NCBI RefSeq assembly: GCF_022045235.1
Contig: NW_027266275.1
Location: 28,086,001-28,150,000, forward strand
From: Haliotis cracherodii
Taxonomy: Eukaryota
Length of the DNA: 64,000 nucleotides
Direction of reading: 5' to 3'
The notes under the pieces were generated by a model, which worked only from the letters and a program-made list of their open reading frames with translations, searched no databases and was not told the origin of the DNA. Positions 1 to 12,117 of this stretch are shown here, piece after piece; position 1 is the first letter of the stretch, and each line of letters starts with the position of its first letter. Made by a program: the position numbers and the translations under genes.

Positions 1-39
1 TTAATTTGTTACATGTGTCAAAAGACCTCCATGCCTCAC

Positions 40-3000
40 CTCCAGCAACAATCCGTAGTGGTGGAAGTTGGGGGTGACGTTCTCAGTGGTCAGTATGTGA
101 AACGTCTTCGATGATAGTCGACTCAACAGCCTGCTGGACTTGGCATCTGGGGGATAGCATTGATCAGAGCATGATTTATACAGTGCACGTGTTATCCTTA
201 ACAACACAACATTGACCAGAGCATGATTTATACAGTTCACGTGTTATCCTTAACAACACAACATTGACCAGAGCATGATTTTTACAGTGCACGTGTTATC
301 CTTAACAACACAATATTGACCAGAGCATGATTTATACAGTGCACGTGTTATCCTTAACAACACAACATTGACCAGAGCATGATTTATACAGTGTGCGTGT
401 TATCCTTAACAACACAGCATTGACCAGAGCATGATTTATACAGTGCATGTGTTATCCTTAACAACACAGCATTGACCAGAGCATGATTTAAACAGTGTGC
501 GTATTATCCTTAACAACACAGCATTGACCAGAGCATGATTTATACAGTGCACGTGTTATCCTTAACAACACAGCATTGACCAGAGCATGATTTATACAGT
601 GTGCGTGTTATCCTTAACAACACAGCATTGACCTGAGCATGATTTATACAGTGCATGCGTTATCCTTAACAACACAACATTGACCAGAGCATGATTTATA
701 CAGTGCATGTGTTATCCTTAACAACACAACATTGACCAGAGCATGATTTATACAGTTCACGTGTTATCCTTAACAACACAACATTGACCAGAGCATGATT
801 TTTACAGTGCACGTGTTATCCTTAACAACACAATATTGACCAGAGCATGATTTAAACAGTGCACGTGTTATCCTTAACAACACAACATTGACCAGAGCAT
901 GATTTATACAGTGTGCGTGTTATCCTTAACAACACAGCATTGACCAGAGCATGATTTATACAGTGCATGTGTTATCCTTAACAACACAGCATTGACCAGA
1001 GCATGATTTATACAGTGTGCGTATTATCCTTAACAACACAGCATTGACCAGAGCATGATTTATACAGTGCACGTGTTATCCTTAACAACACAGCATTGAC
1101 CAGAGCATGATTTATACAGTGTGCGTGTTATCCTTAACAACACAGCATTGACCTGAGCATGATTTATACAGTGCATGCGTTATCCTTAACAACACAACAT
1201 TGACCAGAGCATGATTTATACAGTGCATGTGTTATCCTTAACAACACAACATTGACCAGAGCATGATTTATACAATGTGCTTGTTATCATTAGCAGCACA
1301 CCATTAACCTGAGCATGATTATTACAGTACATATGTTATCCCAACAGCACAGGACTAACAAGAGCATGATTTATACAGAGGACGTGGTATTAACATCTCA
1401 TCATTGTCAAGAGCATGATTTTTAAAGAGCATGTGTTATCTTTAACAACACATTGACCAGAGCATAATTTCTACAGAGCACAGGACAACGAATTAAAAAC
1501 ACACATAAACGAAAGATTTAGCAGCTATTACAAATAGCGAATAGAATGTCTTTTGATATCAAATGCATCAACATGAGTTGATAAAGTAGGAAAACTCCGA
1601 GGCTTGCCGAGGATGTTTTCCACTTTTATCAACAAGTGTAGATATATTTGATATCAAAAGACACGAGGGTTTGGATTTTATTTATCATCCAACACCATTA
1701 TTCCAACTTTTTCAGTTCGTAGACAGTAATAAGCAGTGTCTTAAGTGTAAAAATTACTGCTGACAGCTTCAGTAGCAGAGCCATTAGTGATGTCATTTGA
1801 TTGTGACGTCATGGTAACCAATGGCGTCACAATGGTCTGCAAAGCATTGTGATGCAATTTCATTGCAGCGATATCTACAGTGTAGATATCGCTTGATCTC
1901 ACCCAAGCGATATCTCCTGTGGGAGCCAGTTTGGGATGATAAATATAGTCAAATTCTTTGAAATCAAATCATCATTATTCATTGTTTGTCTATCACAGAA
2001 CCTTACATTGCTCACACGTAAGAAGAATGTACATCCCATATCAGGGTGTACAGTCGATATTTACGTGGATGTTGACAGAGTGATAGTGATGTGTAATTTC
2101 CAAACAGCAATTGCCTGAGCATCCTTCCAGTACATTGTCTCACCCGGGGTAAGGTCGAGAGGTAGGCTTATGTTCTCAGCATCAGTGGGCTGCAGGAGGT
2201 TGTGCCGGGCCGTCAGGTTGGTGAGGAGTTGGAAGCCCTGACAGGTGCCCCACAAGGGGAAGTGATCCCCGGCGTCGTTAGCCTGCCGGAGACACGGGGC
2301 AACAGAACACCATGAAAAAAAACATCTTCAGAGTTCTTTGTTTACAGAATGTATTAAGCATGTGAATTAGTCGTGATTCGATTTAATCGCATACATGAGT
2401 TTCCATGGCAATATGTGTATGTTGCGTGCGTTTGTGTGTGTATCAGGGAATGAGTGAGCGTGGTTTTACTACGCTTTTAGCAATATTCCAGCAATATCAC
2501 GACCGGGTCACCAGAAGGGGACTTCACACAGTGAACCAATGAGGGGATTCGAACTCGGGTCTTCGGCGTGACGAGCGAACGCTTTAGCTACAAGGATTCC
2601 CCACCGCCAGGTAATGTTGTATACTGTATCACCTGCTGCGTACAAGGACAGTGTTTGTGTCTGATCTGAGGCTACACAGGCTCCTACCTTCACCGCCATG
2701 TCGTAGATGATCCTGGCCGCCTTGGCGTAGTCGCTGCTCACAATGCCGACACTACCCCCGGGGAACAACACTCTGTGGGACACAAGTGTTCTCATGTCAC
2801 GGCAACATAGTAAGCACTAAATCACCATACGTCCAAGCTCGCTTATGAAGAACGTGAAACAACAAGAACACAATTGCCTTACCCGTTGATCTGCGAGAAG
2901 AGCTTGGCGTAGTAGGAGCCTGGTTCCCTCACTCTGCAATGGAGGATGACAGACATCAGCGTCATGTGTCATACTTCAGTCACCGTTACAACACTTGTCT

Positions 3001-4522
3001 ACTAACTCGTGTTCTCCTGGTTATCCCAGACAATACAATCCGCGGATAGTCTTCTCAACCTCGTGCCTTGATCACCAAGTTCGGAGTTACATTGAATACC
3101 ATGAAACTGTCGTGGGGAAGCACGGGTGAACAGGAAGGGGAACTAACTCTACTACAACAAGTACCCAACTATGTTGGGAAGGTGACCACATGGCCACGTC
3201 TGTCACTCTCACCTGACTGGCACTATCCTGGCTCCGCCTACCTGAAGTATTAGATGATTGACCTCACCTGACTGGCCCTATCCTGGCCCGCCTACCTGAA
3301 GTATTAGATCATTGACCTCACCTGACTGGCACTACCCTGGTCCCGCCTACCTGAAGTATCAGATGACAGACATCACCTGACTGGCACTACCCTGGTCCCG
3401 CCTACCTGAAGTATTAGACGATTGATCTCACCTGACTGGCACTACCCTGGCCCCGGCCTGCTCCAGGTACTTGACATAGTTGGCCGGGATATAGGTGTCG
3501 CCATGTGTCTTGCTGGCTGTGGCCTGGGCGAGGACACCTGCAAGGGGGGATAACTCTTATGTGTGTGCAATGATGGATGTGTGAAAACGAGATAGATAGC
3601 TGGTATCTTTCTACCAAGCGCCGATACTGCTTTTGTTTCAATCTACCCGAGTACATAACTTGACAGTGTATAAAATACATCCTGCTTTCGGTCTCGTTGT
3701 CCCAGTTTCGTTTCCTTACACCTTTTCACTTATTCTCCTACAATCCGTTCTCTTGTTGCCATGAATACTATTTTAAAATTTCGAACGTATTTTGTTGTAA
3801 ACGTCCGGAGAATACGTATACTATACAACGTTATCTTAACCGACGTGGTGTACATGTAAGTTTGTTATACCATGCTTTATTCGTGTTATCGGTGAATAAA
3901 CCAACAGCTATGTACGAAAAGTGTGGGACTATCCCAGAATATATATATATATATATATATATACAAAAATGAGGTAAATGTTCACTCGGTGTACATGTAA
4001 TATATAATAAAATAATAAAGTCCACGTTAGTCCAACATCAGATGTTGGATTAACGTGNNNNNNNNNNNNNNNNNNNNNNNNNNNNNNNNNNNNNNNNNNN
4101 NNNNNNNNNNNNNNNNNNNNNNNNNNNNNNNNNNNNNNNNNNNNNNNNNNNNNNNNNNNNNNNNNNNNNNNNNNNNNNNNNNNNNNNNNNNNNNNNNNNN
4201 NNNNNNNNNNNNNNCACCAGTTGTATGTACCCAGTTGTATTTGCCCTACAGATCTGCACACTGACGCCACAAAACACTGTAAAGTTGTAGGTCTAAAACA
4301 CTGACATACTCTGACGTAGCTCGAGGCCGTAGAGCTGATCTGACCGAGTCGTTGTACCCCGTGAAGCAGAAGGCTCTTCCGCAAATCGAGACAAGAGACA
4401 CAATTAACCCTTGCTTCAGTAGTTACTGACTTACCTATCACTGGTCTGTTGTTGTATGTGACGTGTCCTGCTGATGTCGCCACCACCAACACGCTGAGCT
4501 GCAGCAACGCACAAATCGCCAT
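40..4522 (-). CDS. GGH: gamma-glutamyl hydrolase paralog A (exons 1-6; 3' part beyond the window)
   Basis: Exons 4522-4435, 3537-3432, 2933-2883, 2772-2688, 2282-2144 and 146-40 have GT-AG boundaries and compatible phases. Signal peptide [19 protein letters not shown], then [28 protein letters not shown], the nucleophile motif [11 protein letters not shown] and NFHHYG. The N gap lies in intron 1. Confidence 0.93.
160..1480. repeat. 52-bp minisatellite (~25 units) with a 520-bp higher-order duplication
   Basis: Unit agagcatgatttatacagtgcacgtgttatccttaacaacacaacattgacc. Variant units recur at a 520-bp offset (acctgagcat at 631 and 1151). It abuts the exon-6 acceptor of GGH-A; a 3-4-unit homolog lies at ~19285-19470. 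Confidence 0.95.
1530..1945. mobile_element. non-autonomous palindromic element, Crypton-like (second copy ~9800-10080)
   Basis: Long imperfect palindrome around CCGAGGCTTGCCGAGG and an inverted terminus (tatttatcatcc / ggatgataaata). A related copy lies in GGH-B intron 6. The family assignment is from memory. Confidence 0.55.
3200..3431 (-). repeat. 55-bp tandem repeat containing the exon-2 end and donor (GGH-A)
   Basis: About 4 units of ctcacctgactggcactaccctgg..cctacctgaagtattagatgattgac. Confidence 0.9.
4058..4214. other. assembly gap (N run)
   Basis: Run of Ns inside intron 1 of GGH-A. Confidence 0.99.
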
Positions 4523-4585
4523 ACCGTCCACGACAAAGGAGGAAGTATCTCGATTAACACTAACACAACATACAGCTTGTACTGG

Positions 4586-4594
4586 TTATATATA
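4586..4594 (-). promoter_or_regulatory. TATA box of GGH-A
   Basis: GTTACTATATATAACC on the - strand ~65 bp upstream of the ATG; the same word is present upstream of copy C. Confidence 0.6.
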
Positions 4595-5011
4595 GTAACC
4601 GCTCCACAAACACAGCTTGCAAGGAAAACGAGAGCAGCTTGTACGAAAATGAGCCCAATCATTATTTAATAATATATATTGCTAACAGATGTGGGTAATA
4701 TTATTCTTTCTTTTTTTTTATATTACTAAGTCAATCAATGAATTCAGTTGATTTCAGTCGTTTACAATTTTAGTGTCACCGAGCAAGGGTCAAGTAATAT
4801 TACTGAGATGTGTGATAATAAATAAGCGATATGAATAAGTCTTTAGGTAATATTGCAAAATAGAATAACTCGTATATTGAAACATCGACTCGACACAATA
4901 GCTACGATCACAGCAATGACGCCCCTTCGTAGATAAAATTGGAATGGGGACTCCCCCTAATTAGAGCATAGACGCCCGCCCTATGTTGCTATAGCAGGTG
5001 TTATCTGTAGC

Positions 5012-5021
5012 GTCATGTGAC
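5012..5021. promoter_or_regulatory. CLEAR/M-box-like E-box (GTCATGTGAC)
   Basis: One mismatch from the TFEB/MITF CLEAR palindrome GTCACGTGAC; ~25 bp upstream of the GGH-B ATG, inside the A/B divergent intergenic region. Confidence 0.4.
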
Positions 5022-5044
5022 CGAGATAACGGTGCTGAGTCAAC

Positions 5045-6215
5045 ATGAGTGGTGTTCAGGTAGCCTGTATTCTGCTGGTGGCGTCTCATGTCGCCTGCCT
5101 GCCCCTCAACAACAGACCGATCATTGGTAAGAAACTACAACACCAAGTCACGTTCAGTTGATGATGGCCAATGTTCTTTTCTCAGACGATGTTGAACTTG
5201 ACGTCATGGATTTGTGTCGGCCGGTGCCTCGATTGAACAGAACATGTACCCACAATCAGATCTGCAATATGTCCTTGACCTTTATAACCGAGTGACCCCG
5301 TATGGATCACGGGTAAGAAAAGGTCCCCAGCAATATATGCTGGTCGCAAGAGGCGACCAAATGGATCGGGTTGTCAAGCACCGTGACTTGATTGATAGCT
5401 GTCATCGTGCCCGACGTAGTGGATCGTTGTTGATAATATCAACCACTGGGTTGTCTGATCTCGAATATGTACTGTCCGCCGTCAAGTAGCTCAAATATTG
5501 CTGAGTTCGGCGTTAAACAATATACAGACAAAAGCATATCCGAGTGGGTAGGATTAAAGCGGCGGATGCAAGATTCATGAGAAGTCATGCTTCAAAGGGC
5601 AAAATGTTGTTTGAATAAGGGTTAACCACAAAGCAAAGCTCAGGGATCAAACAATAAGCATTCCGCAAGGGTTAAACATAGAAATGACATGTGTTGATAT
5701 TATTATTGTTGTTGTTGTTGTTGGTGGTGGTATTTTTATTGTTAGTGTTATTGTTATACATGTTGATTCTGTATGCTGACCAGGTGTTGTTGACCAGTGC
5801 GCGGGTTTAGACCAGCCATATGGCGACACTTACATCAGCGCGACCTATGTCAAGTTCCTGGAACAGGCGGGAGCCAGGGTAGTTCCAGTGAGGTGGGTCA
5901 TTCAGTCGTTGAAACCGTAGGTGTGGATAAATCATGTATGTGAATCCTGGTTGCGTCCCTTGGCCGTGCACCCCTTCTGTGGTCAAGTGGTAGAGCGTCC
6001 GCCAGGGGAGCGGAAGGTCGGGGCATACCAAAAGACGTTAAAAGATGGTACTTGTTGTTACCCTGTCTGGCGCTCGTCATTAAGGGGCTAAACACGGGCT
6101 GATCGGCTCGGAGTCAGTATACTGTGTCTGAGTGGTGTATTCATGTTCAACTGTAGCATGGTATCTCAGTGAGCTAGCTCTATAAACCGGCATCAGTCCG
6201 CACTAGCACAAGCAG

Positions 6216-6262
<47 letters not shown>

Positions 6263-9200
6263 GCTATAAAAGTGCAATAATCTTGGACGCGACGTTAAAC
6301 CCAATTTCACCTCACCTCACCTCACCTCACCTCACCTCACCCCTTGGCCGTGCGAGGATTAACTGAGTAAGGATAAGAAACATTGTATTTGGATGAACAA
6401 TTTCTTTATTACAGTTATGCGCAACATTTCGGTGTAGGTTCTAACACCGTTATCAAGCAATGATTAACTGGTTGTGATTTCTAATTTAAGACTTAACCCG
6501 AAGATGATCCTTGGTTTGACTCAAGTATGTATTTGAAGCTTGACGGACCCATAGTTGTACGTCAAGGGAGCTCAATCTCAGCTCATATATATGAAGACCT
6601 ATGATTTTTACGTCACGGGTCTCAAGTACTTGAAGCCTAATCAAACAATATCCTCATGTTCCTTGGTGTAATGGATTCTGAGAGGGCCATTGCAATACCT
6701 TGTCATAGAAAGTTAGACCTCCTGTATATTTTTATGAGGATGGTAATCGGTTAGTCTAATTCGTTCTTGTTATGAAATAGTCAGTTCAGATTACTGGGTG
6801 TAATAATGAGGCTCTTCTGCATTCCGGTTCCCTCCACAGAGTCAAGCAGCCTAAAGAATACTACGAAACTCTCCTTTCGCGCATCAATGGGTGAGTTTAT
6901 CTCGACCTTGAAGCATACGCTTATATCATGACGCCATAGTACAATAAACTATGTTTATTACGAACACGCTTTTAACGAACTAGCGAATATAAGGAACCGT
7001 TTTTGTGTCTCAGCCATTTGCTGTGTACTTGCTGTATATATGCTTATAACGAACAACGGTTATAACGAACTAAAATCAGTGTTTCCTTTGAGTTCGGAAT
7101 AACCGTAGTTTACTTACTTTGTTCACGATACTATACTTATCACGATACATTATTACACCGAGAAATGGCATAAATTGTTGTTTTTATATAAGAAAAGAAC
7201 ATATCTCGTTTATGATAAATAATATGTCAATGAAACATAAGGATTGACCTGACTCACATAACAAACCAGCGCTGATTGGAGAGATAAGATATACATAACC
7301 AGCACTGAATGACATTTCTCACTGTCCTCTGTATACAGAGTGCTATTCCCCGGGGGTGACCGCAATCTGACCTCCAGCTACCTCGCCACTGCCGCTAGGA
7401 TCATATACGACATCGTCGTCGAGGTAATCTCACGTCGGACGTGGCAACTGTAGTTGGAAGTCTTTAATAGGGCGTAGATAGCGTTGTGGGATGGAGCCAC
7501 GCTTGACGCGGCCATTGTCTCGCAATAGTGCACATGAGAGTTGGAAGGTCTCATTCCACTGGTAATTAAAACAAACAAACCTAATTCATATATAAACTCC
7601 CACATTTGAGTCAAGCAGGCTTTTTAATGACACGATTGCATGAATGTGTTCTGAATTATGCGAATCAATGAATAATGTGGGGTTTTGTTTAGTATGATGA
7701 AGAAACTGTGTTGAATGAAATCATAGAGTGTGTCGGTTAAAATATTTGACTTGAGAAAGACAAATACGTGCAGAGCTGGTGAACACCATATAAACGGCAA
7801 AACGCCGGCAGATCCTGAGACAGTTGTGGGGATTCTCACAACCGCGTCAACGTAGATTAATATGTGTATATACTGATGAGCAATAATTAAGCATTACCAA
7901 TTTTTCGGATGTGTGCTACATTGAATACATGACTGGCGTTATCCATTGTTGGAAACATAACAAAAGAATAGTACACTGACAAACAGACCGCCTGGCACTA
8001 CCATCACACAAATAATGAAGCTGACACTAGCAATCGCTACCGATTTATTGTCGTTATGCGAAGAAATATATAACCAGTGCTGAAAAGAATCAGTACCCTG
8101 CCCACACCACGAATCGGCCTGTCAATCTGACTCGGCAATCAGTATCTGGAGTTTCCACCTCTCTCACGGGTGATATTCGCGAGGCATCTCTTATTATTGA
8201 TGATCATAATTCTAATTTTCAACATTGGGATCCTCTTCTATTCCTGGTCCAGTGTCAGAGTGAGTTCATTCGGGTTTTCAACTGGAGGGTATCTAGCTCT
8301 CACTTGGAAGTCAAGGTAATTCTAAAGGCGTTCATTTGGGTGCAGGCCAGGGTTTAGCATTGTTTTTCGGAATTAAATGTTGACTATGGTGTGCTTAATT
8401 TATGCTCATGTGTAAATTTACTCAAGCAAACACTGCAAATGAAAAGAATGGGTACGGACGAGCTCTTGAACTAGATGCAGTGCGACTTCCCCTTTAATCG
8501 GATGCTTCCATTTCGTTAAGAATGTGTAGGTGAATGAAAAATTAATGTTGTTTGATGGAGTGGAGTGGAGCTGAGTGGAGGGGAGTGGTGCTGACAAACC
8601 TACAGAACCTAATCAGGGCGAACTGCGATTCCACTACCCTATGTTTCTGATGGTTTTATGATGTCACATGTGCGTACTGACCAATGAAACCGCTGGGTTT
8701 TGTCATCACTTGTCTTTGCGCCGTGTCTCCGCCAGGCTAACGACGCCGGGGATCACTTCCCTTTGTGGGGCACCTGTCAGGGCTTCCAACTCCTCACCAA
8801 CCTGACGGCCCGGCACAACTTCCTGCAGCCCACTGATGCTGAGAACATCAGTATGGCGCTAGACTTGAAGCCAGGTGAGCTGTGACAGCGTACTGGGACC
8901 TGTAAATCATCCCAGGCTTAACGATACTATTATCATATACTTTACTATACTATACTTCACACCTATTGCGGTGGAAGTAACCTAGTGGTCCAAGCTTTCG
9001 CTCGTCACGCCAAAGGCCCTGGTTCGAATCCCCACAAAAGTAGCCTACAATGTGTGAAGCCCATTTCTGGTGTCACCTGTCCGATATTGTTGGACCATTG
9101 CTAGAAGCAGCGTAAACACCATATTCACACATTCACGGACCTATTATCTCACCTGTACATTCGAAAAGGTATTTTGGTTCACCTGATGGGACTTTTTTTT

Positions 9201-12117
9201 CAAAAACTGTTTGAAGTATGGTTTGCACACACAAAAGGATGGACCCAACGTCTCGATGCTACTTATATATATCGTTGCAGTTACGGGCTTGTTGAAAACA
9301 CCAACCTCTAGAAGCATGTTGATTCCGCTTCCTTACAGATGAAACTGGCGATAATTTTAATACATGTTCTTCTCTATGCCCCATTATTTGCGAATAGTGA
9401 GATGTGCTTTTTTATTTGTAGCCTACAAGGAAAGCCGCTTGCTGGGCATGGCCAGTCCTAGCGTCATCAACACGCTCACCAAGGAGAAGGTCACGCCAAA
9501 TTTCCATCATTTCGGGGTTATGGAGGAGGTATATTAATGTTACACACACGCGCACACATACCTTTTACAAACATATCGTGTAATACACACACACGCGTCC
9601 CGTCCCGGCTTACTATATATGCAGCAATATGCAATATGAAGAGCCAGAGTCAGATTAAAGGAGGACGTAAACAAAGATACATTGTGAGGTCATAATCATT
9701 GTGAGGTGATTAAACAAAACGCAACAATGCTGTTCGAATTACGTCAACAATGGCCTTGATTCGCATAACTGAAATGTAAGGATAATAAAATGATATTATA
9801 GAGAATCCCACCTGAGCGTCTTTTGATATCAAATACGAGTGTTGATATATTTGATATCAAAAGACACGAGGATGAGATACTATTTAACATCCAACATCAT
9901 TTTTCCAACATTTTCCTCAGTTTAAAAGCAGCAATAAGCAGGACCTTGGCTTTTGTAGCAGAGATTAGTGATGTCATTTGATTGTGACGTCATGGTAACC
10001 GATGATGTCACAATGGTCTGAAAAGGAGAGATCGCTTGATTTTTTTATCTCCCGTGGAGGCCACTTTTGGATGATTAATATTTAAATACGTTTCCTCTGT
10101 TACCCACACCGTCAGACATTTAGTGCCACGCCCTCTCTCCGCGACTTCTACCGGGTCATGTCTACCAACAAGGACAGGGGAGGGAAGGTGTTCGTGTCCA
10201 CCATGGAAGGTGTGTATCTCAATAAAAATATTTTAACTCGGACATTTTTATTGTCATAGTTAGTGACGTGCAGAAACACAAGTAACTATTGTTATTTTTG
10301 GGATAACACTTTCTTAGTAAAGTACAGATTCTAGTACTTTTTTGGGTTGAGTCCCGTGCGGGATTCGAACCCACACCTGTCAGGGTGAGGCACCTAATCG
10401 CCAGCACACAAAGTCAGCGATCTAACCCACTCAGCCACCGAGGCTTCCACAATAATGAAAGTCCGACAATTGGTAGTCTAGATCACGTACTTTGAGTACC
10501 CCCCTGACAAGTGTAAATTGGCATGGCTCTCATGGCCGAAAGCCCCCAAAAGCACTAGAATCTGTACTTTACTAAGAAAGTGTTATCCCAAATATAACAT
10601 TAGTTACATTTGACCACTTTCTAAATGGCATTGTGTATTCAGAAACACAAGCAGTTGTCGTCTTGTTATAATCTCATTACGTTCAATGCTGATTCCAATG
10701 TGTGCGTAGGACCATAGTCAAAGAGAACCCATCTCTATGTGAAGGGTTGTGTCCCTTGCAGTTTCCATTCCTACTCGTGCCATTCCGGGACAAACCTTCT
10801 TGTAGGTTACGGATGGTTACGAGTGGTGACAAATGTAGCTGATTAAAGGTCCGTCCCGGCACGTGACATCTTTACCCTCGTTGTATCATCGTTGCCACTA
10901 GTATGCAAGCCGCCCTTACAAGAATCTTGAAACTCCTAGTGTAATGGTATATATATCTTGGTGTATATCTTTGGGAATGACATTCTAGTGAATTGAGAAA
11001 AGGTTGACTAATATACTATTTCCCAGATGAATTTTCGTCTGTTTGTGTAATCAGATTTGTTCGCTATTGCAGACTAACAGAAAAGAACCTCTTACAATAT
11101 CATCACACTTAATTCGATTTCTACACGGTAGTTGAAATGAAACTGAAATTCCAACTGAAAAACAAACAAAATACTTTAACTGGGGGAAGAGTATTTGGTT
11201 TGGCCACATCTTGCTGGTAAACATAACGGTCAGGTAGTTGCTGGTTCAACTCCATATACGGTTGAGGGCGCCTAACACAGTAGGTATCGCTCACACCGGT
11301 CGCAGCGACAGTATTAAAGAGAGCTCTGTACTGCGAACGGCTATCTACTATGGCCTTGAGGTGCTGAATAGTTGGCTGGGGGTTCGAATTATACTCGAAT
11401 ATATTAAGTTGTGTTTGTTTGTGTGTTGTTAAACGCCGCACTTAGCAATAGTCCAGTCCAGTCTGAGCCAGAAAATCCAGTGATCGACATCATGATAATC
11501 GATCACAGAGAGCCTGACCACCTGATCCCGTTAGTGGCCTTTTACAATAAGCATAGTCGCCTTTTACGGCAAGCATGGGTTGCTGAAGACCTATTCTACC
11601 CCGGATCTTCACGGGTGCGATTATAATACGACCCAACAAACTGTCAACTATTACACGAAAAGAATTCCCGATGTTTTATCTCACGATATCCTATTCTGTC
11701 TCCCCCAGCGTTCAAATACCCGTTTTATGCCACCCAGTGGCACCCGGAAGATATAAACTACGGTTGGAATCCCAACGACGACGTCGACCACACACGGGAG
11801 GCCATCCTCGTCACCCAGTACCTCGCCAACTTCTTCGTCGACGAGGGTAAGCGAGTTGGGATGAGTCTGTGCAGCGCGGGTCGGAAGCGAACTGTGTGTT
11901 TGTTAGGAACCTCTTAATATCTATCGTATCTTGATATATTTTAGCAACTTAACATTTCATACTTCTTTCTTCCACAGCCCGAAAAAGTCAGCACCGCTTT
12001 CCAGACGTCGCCACAGAGTCTGCAGCCGTCATTGAGAACTACCAGCCTCTGTTTCTTAAAGACGGATCTTTCTCTGAAGCATATATGTTTAATTTTACCC
12101 AAATTCCTTTTAATTAA
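5045..12117 (+). CDS. GGH: gamma-glutamyl hydrolase paralog B, ~314 aa, 9 exons
   Basis: Exons 5045-5126, 5784-5892, 6840-6890, 7339-7423, 8736-8874, 9422-9528, 10116-10209, 11709-11846, 11978-12117 (945 nt, in frame, TAA). Signal peptide, [34 protein letters not shown] at 12153-12158. Confidence 0.94.
5971..6340 (+). mobile_element. tRNA-headed SINE with V-domain-like core and (CACCT)n tail
   Basis: A-box TGGTCAAGTGG, core cataccaaaagacgttaaaagatggtac, internal (CA)n, target-site duplication (TSD) cccttggccgtgc. Antisense copies at ~15545-15915 and ~49900-50242. Confidence 0.8.
10277..10645. mobile_element. repeat with an internal tRNA-like segment and inverted/tandem termini (copies ~27090-27435, ~34690-35022)
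   Basis: Three dispersed copies share a tRNA-like segment (GGTGGCTGAGTGG..GGTTCGAATCC) with partial direct and inverted terminal repeats. Confidence 0.75.

Noticed and set aside
160-1480. Regular repeats resembling a CRISPR array
   Set aside because: The units are contiguous with no unique spacers, no cas genes are present, and the context is a eukaryotic intron.
4023-4057. Near-perfect 35-bp palindrome next to the N gap
   Set aside because: It sits at a contig edge and could be an assembly artefact or a truncated element end, so it cannot be interpreted.
10495-10545. Hammerhead ribozyme (CTGACAAG...CGAAAG) in the tRNA-containing repeat
   Set aside because: The core is CTGACAA rather than CTGANGA, the best hairpin sequesters part of GAAA, and I could not build stems I/III with a cleavage triplet. 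At most a relic.
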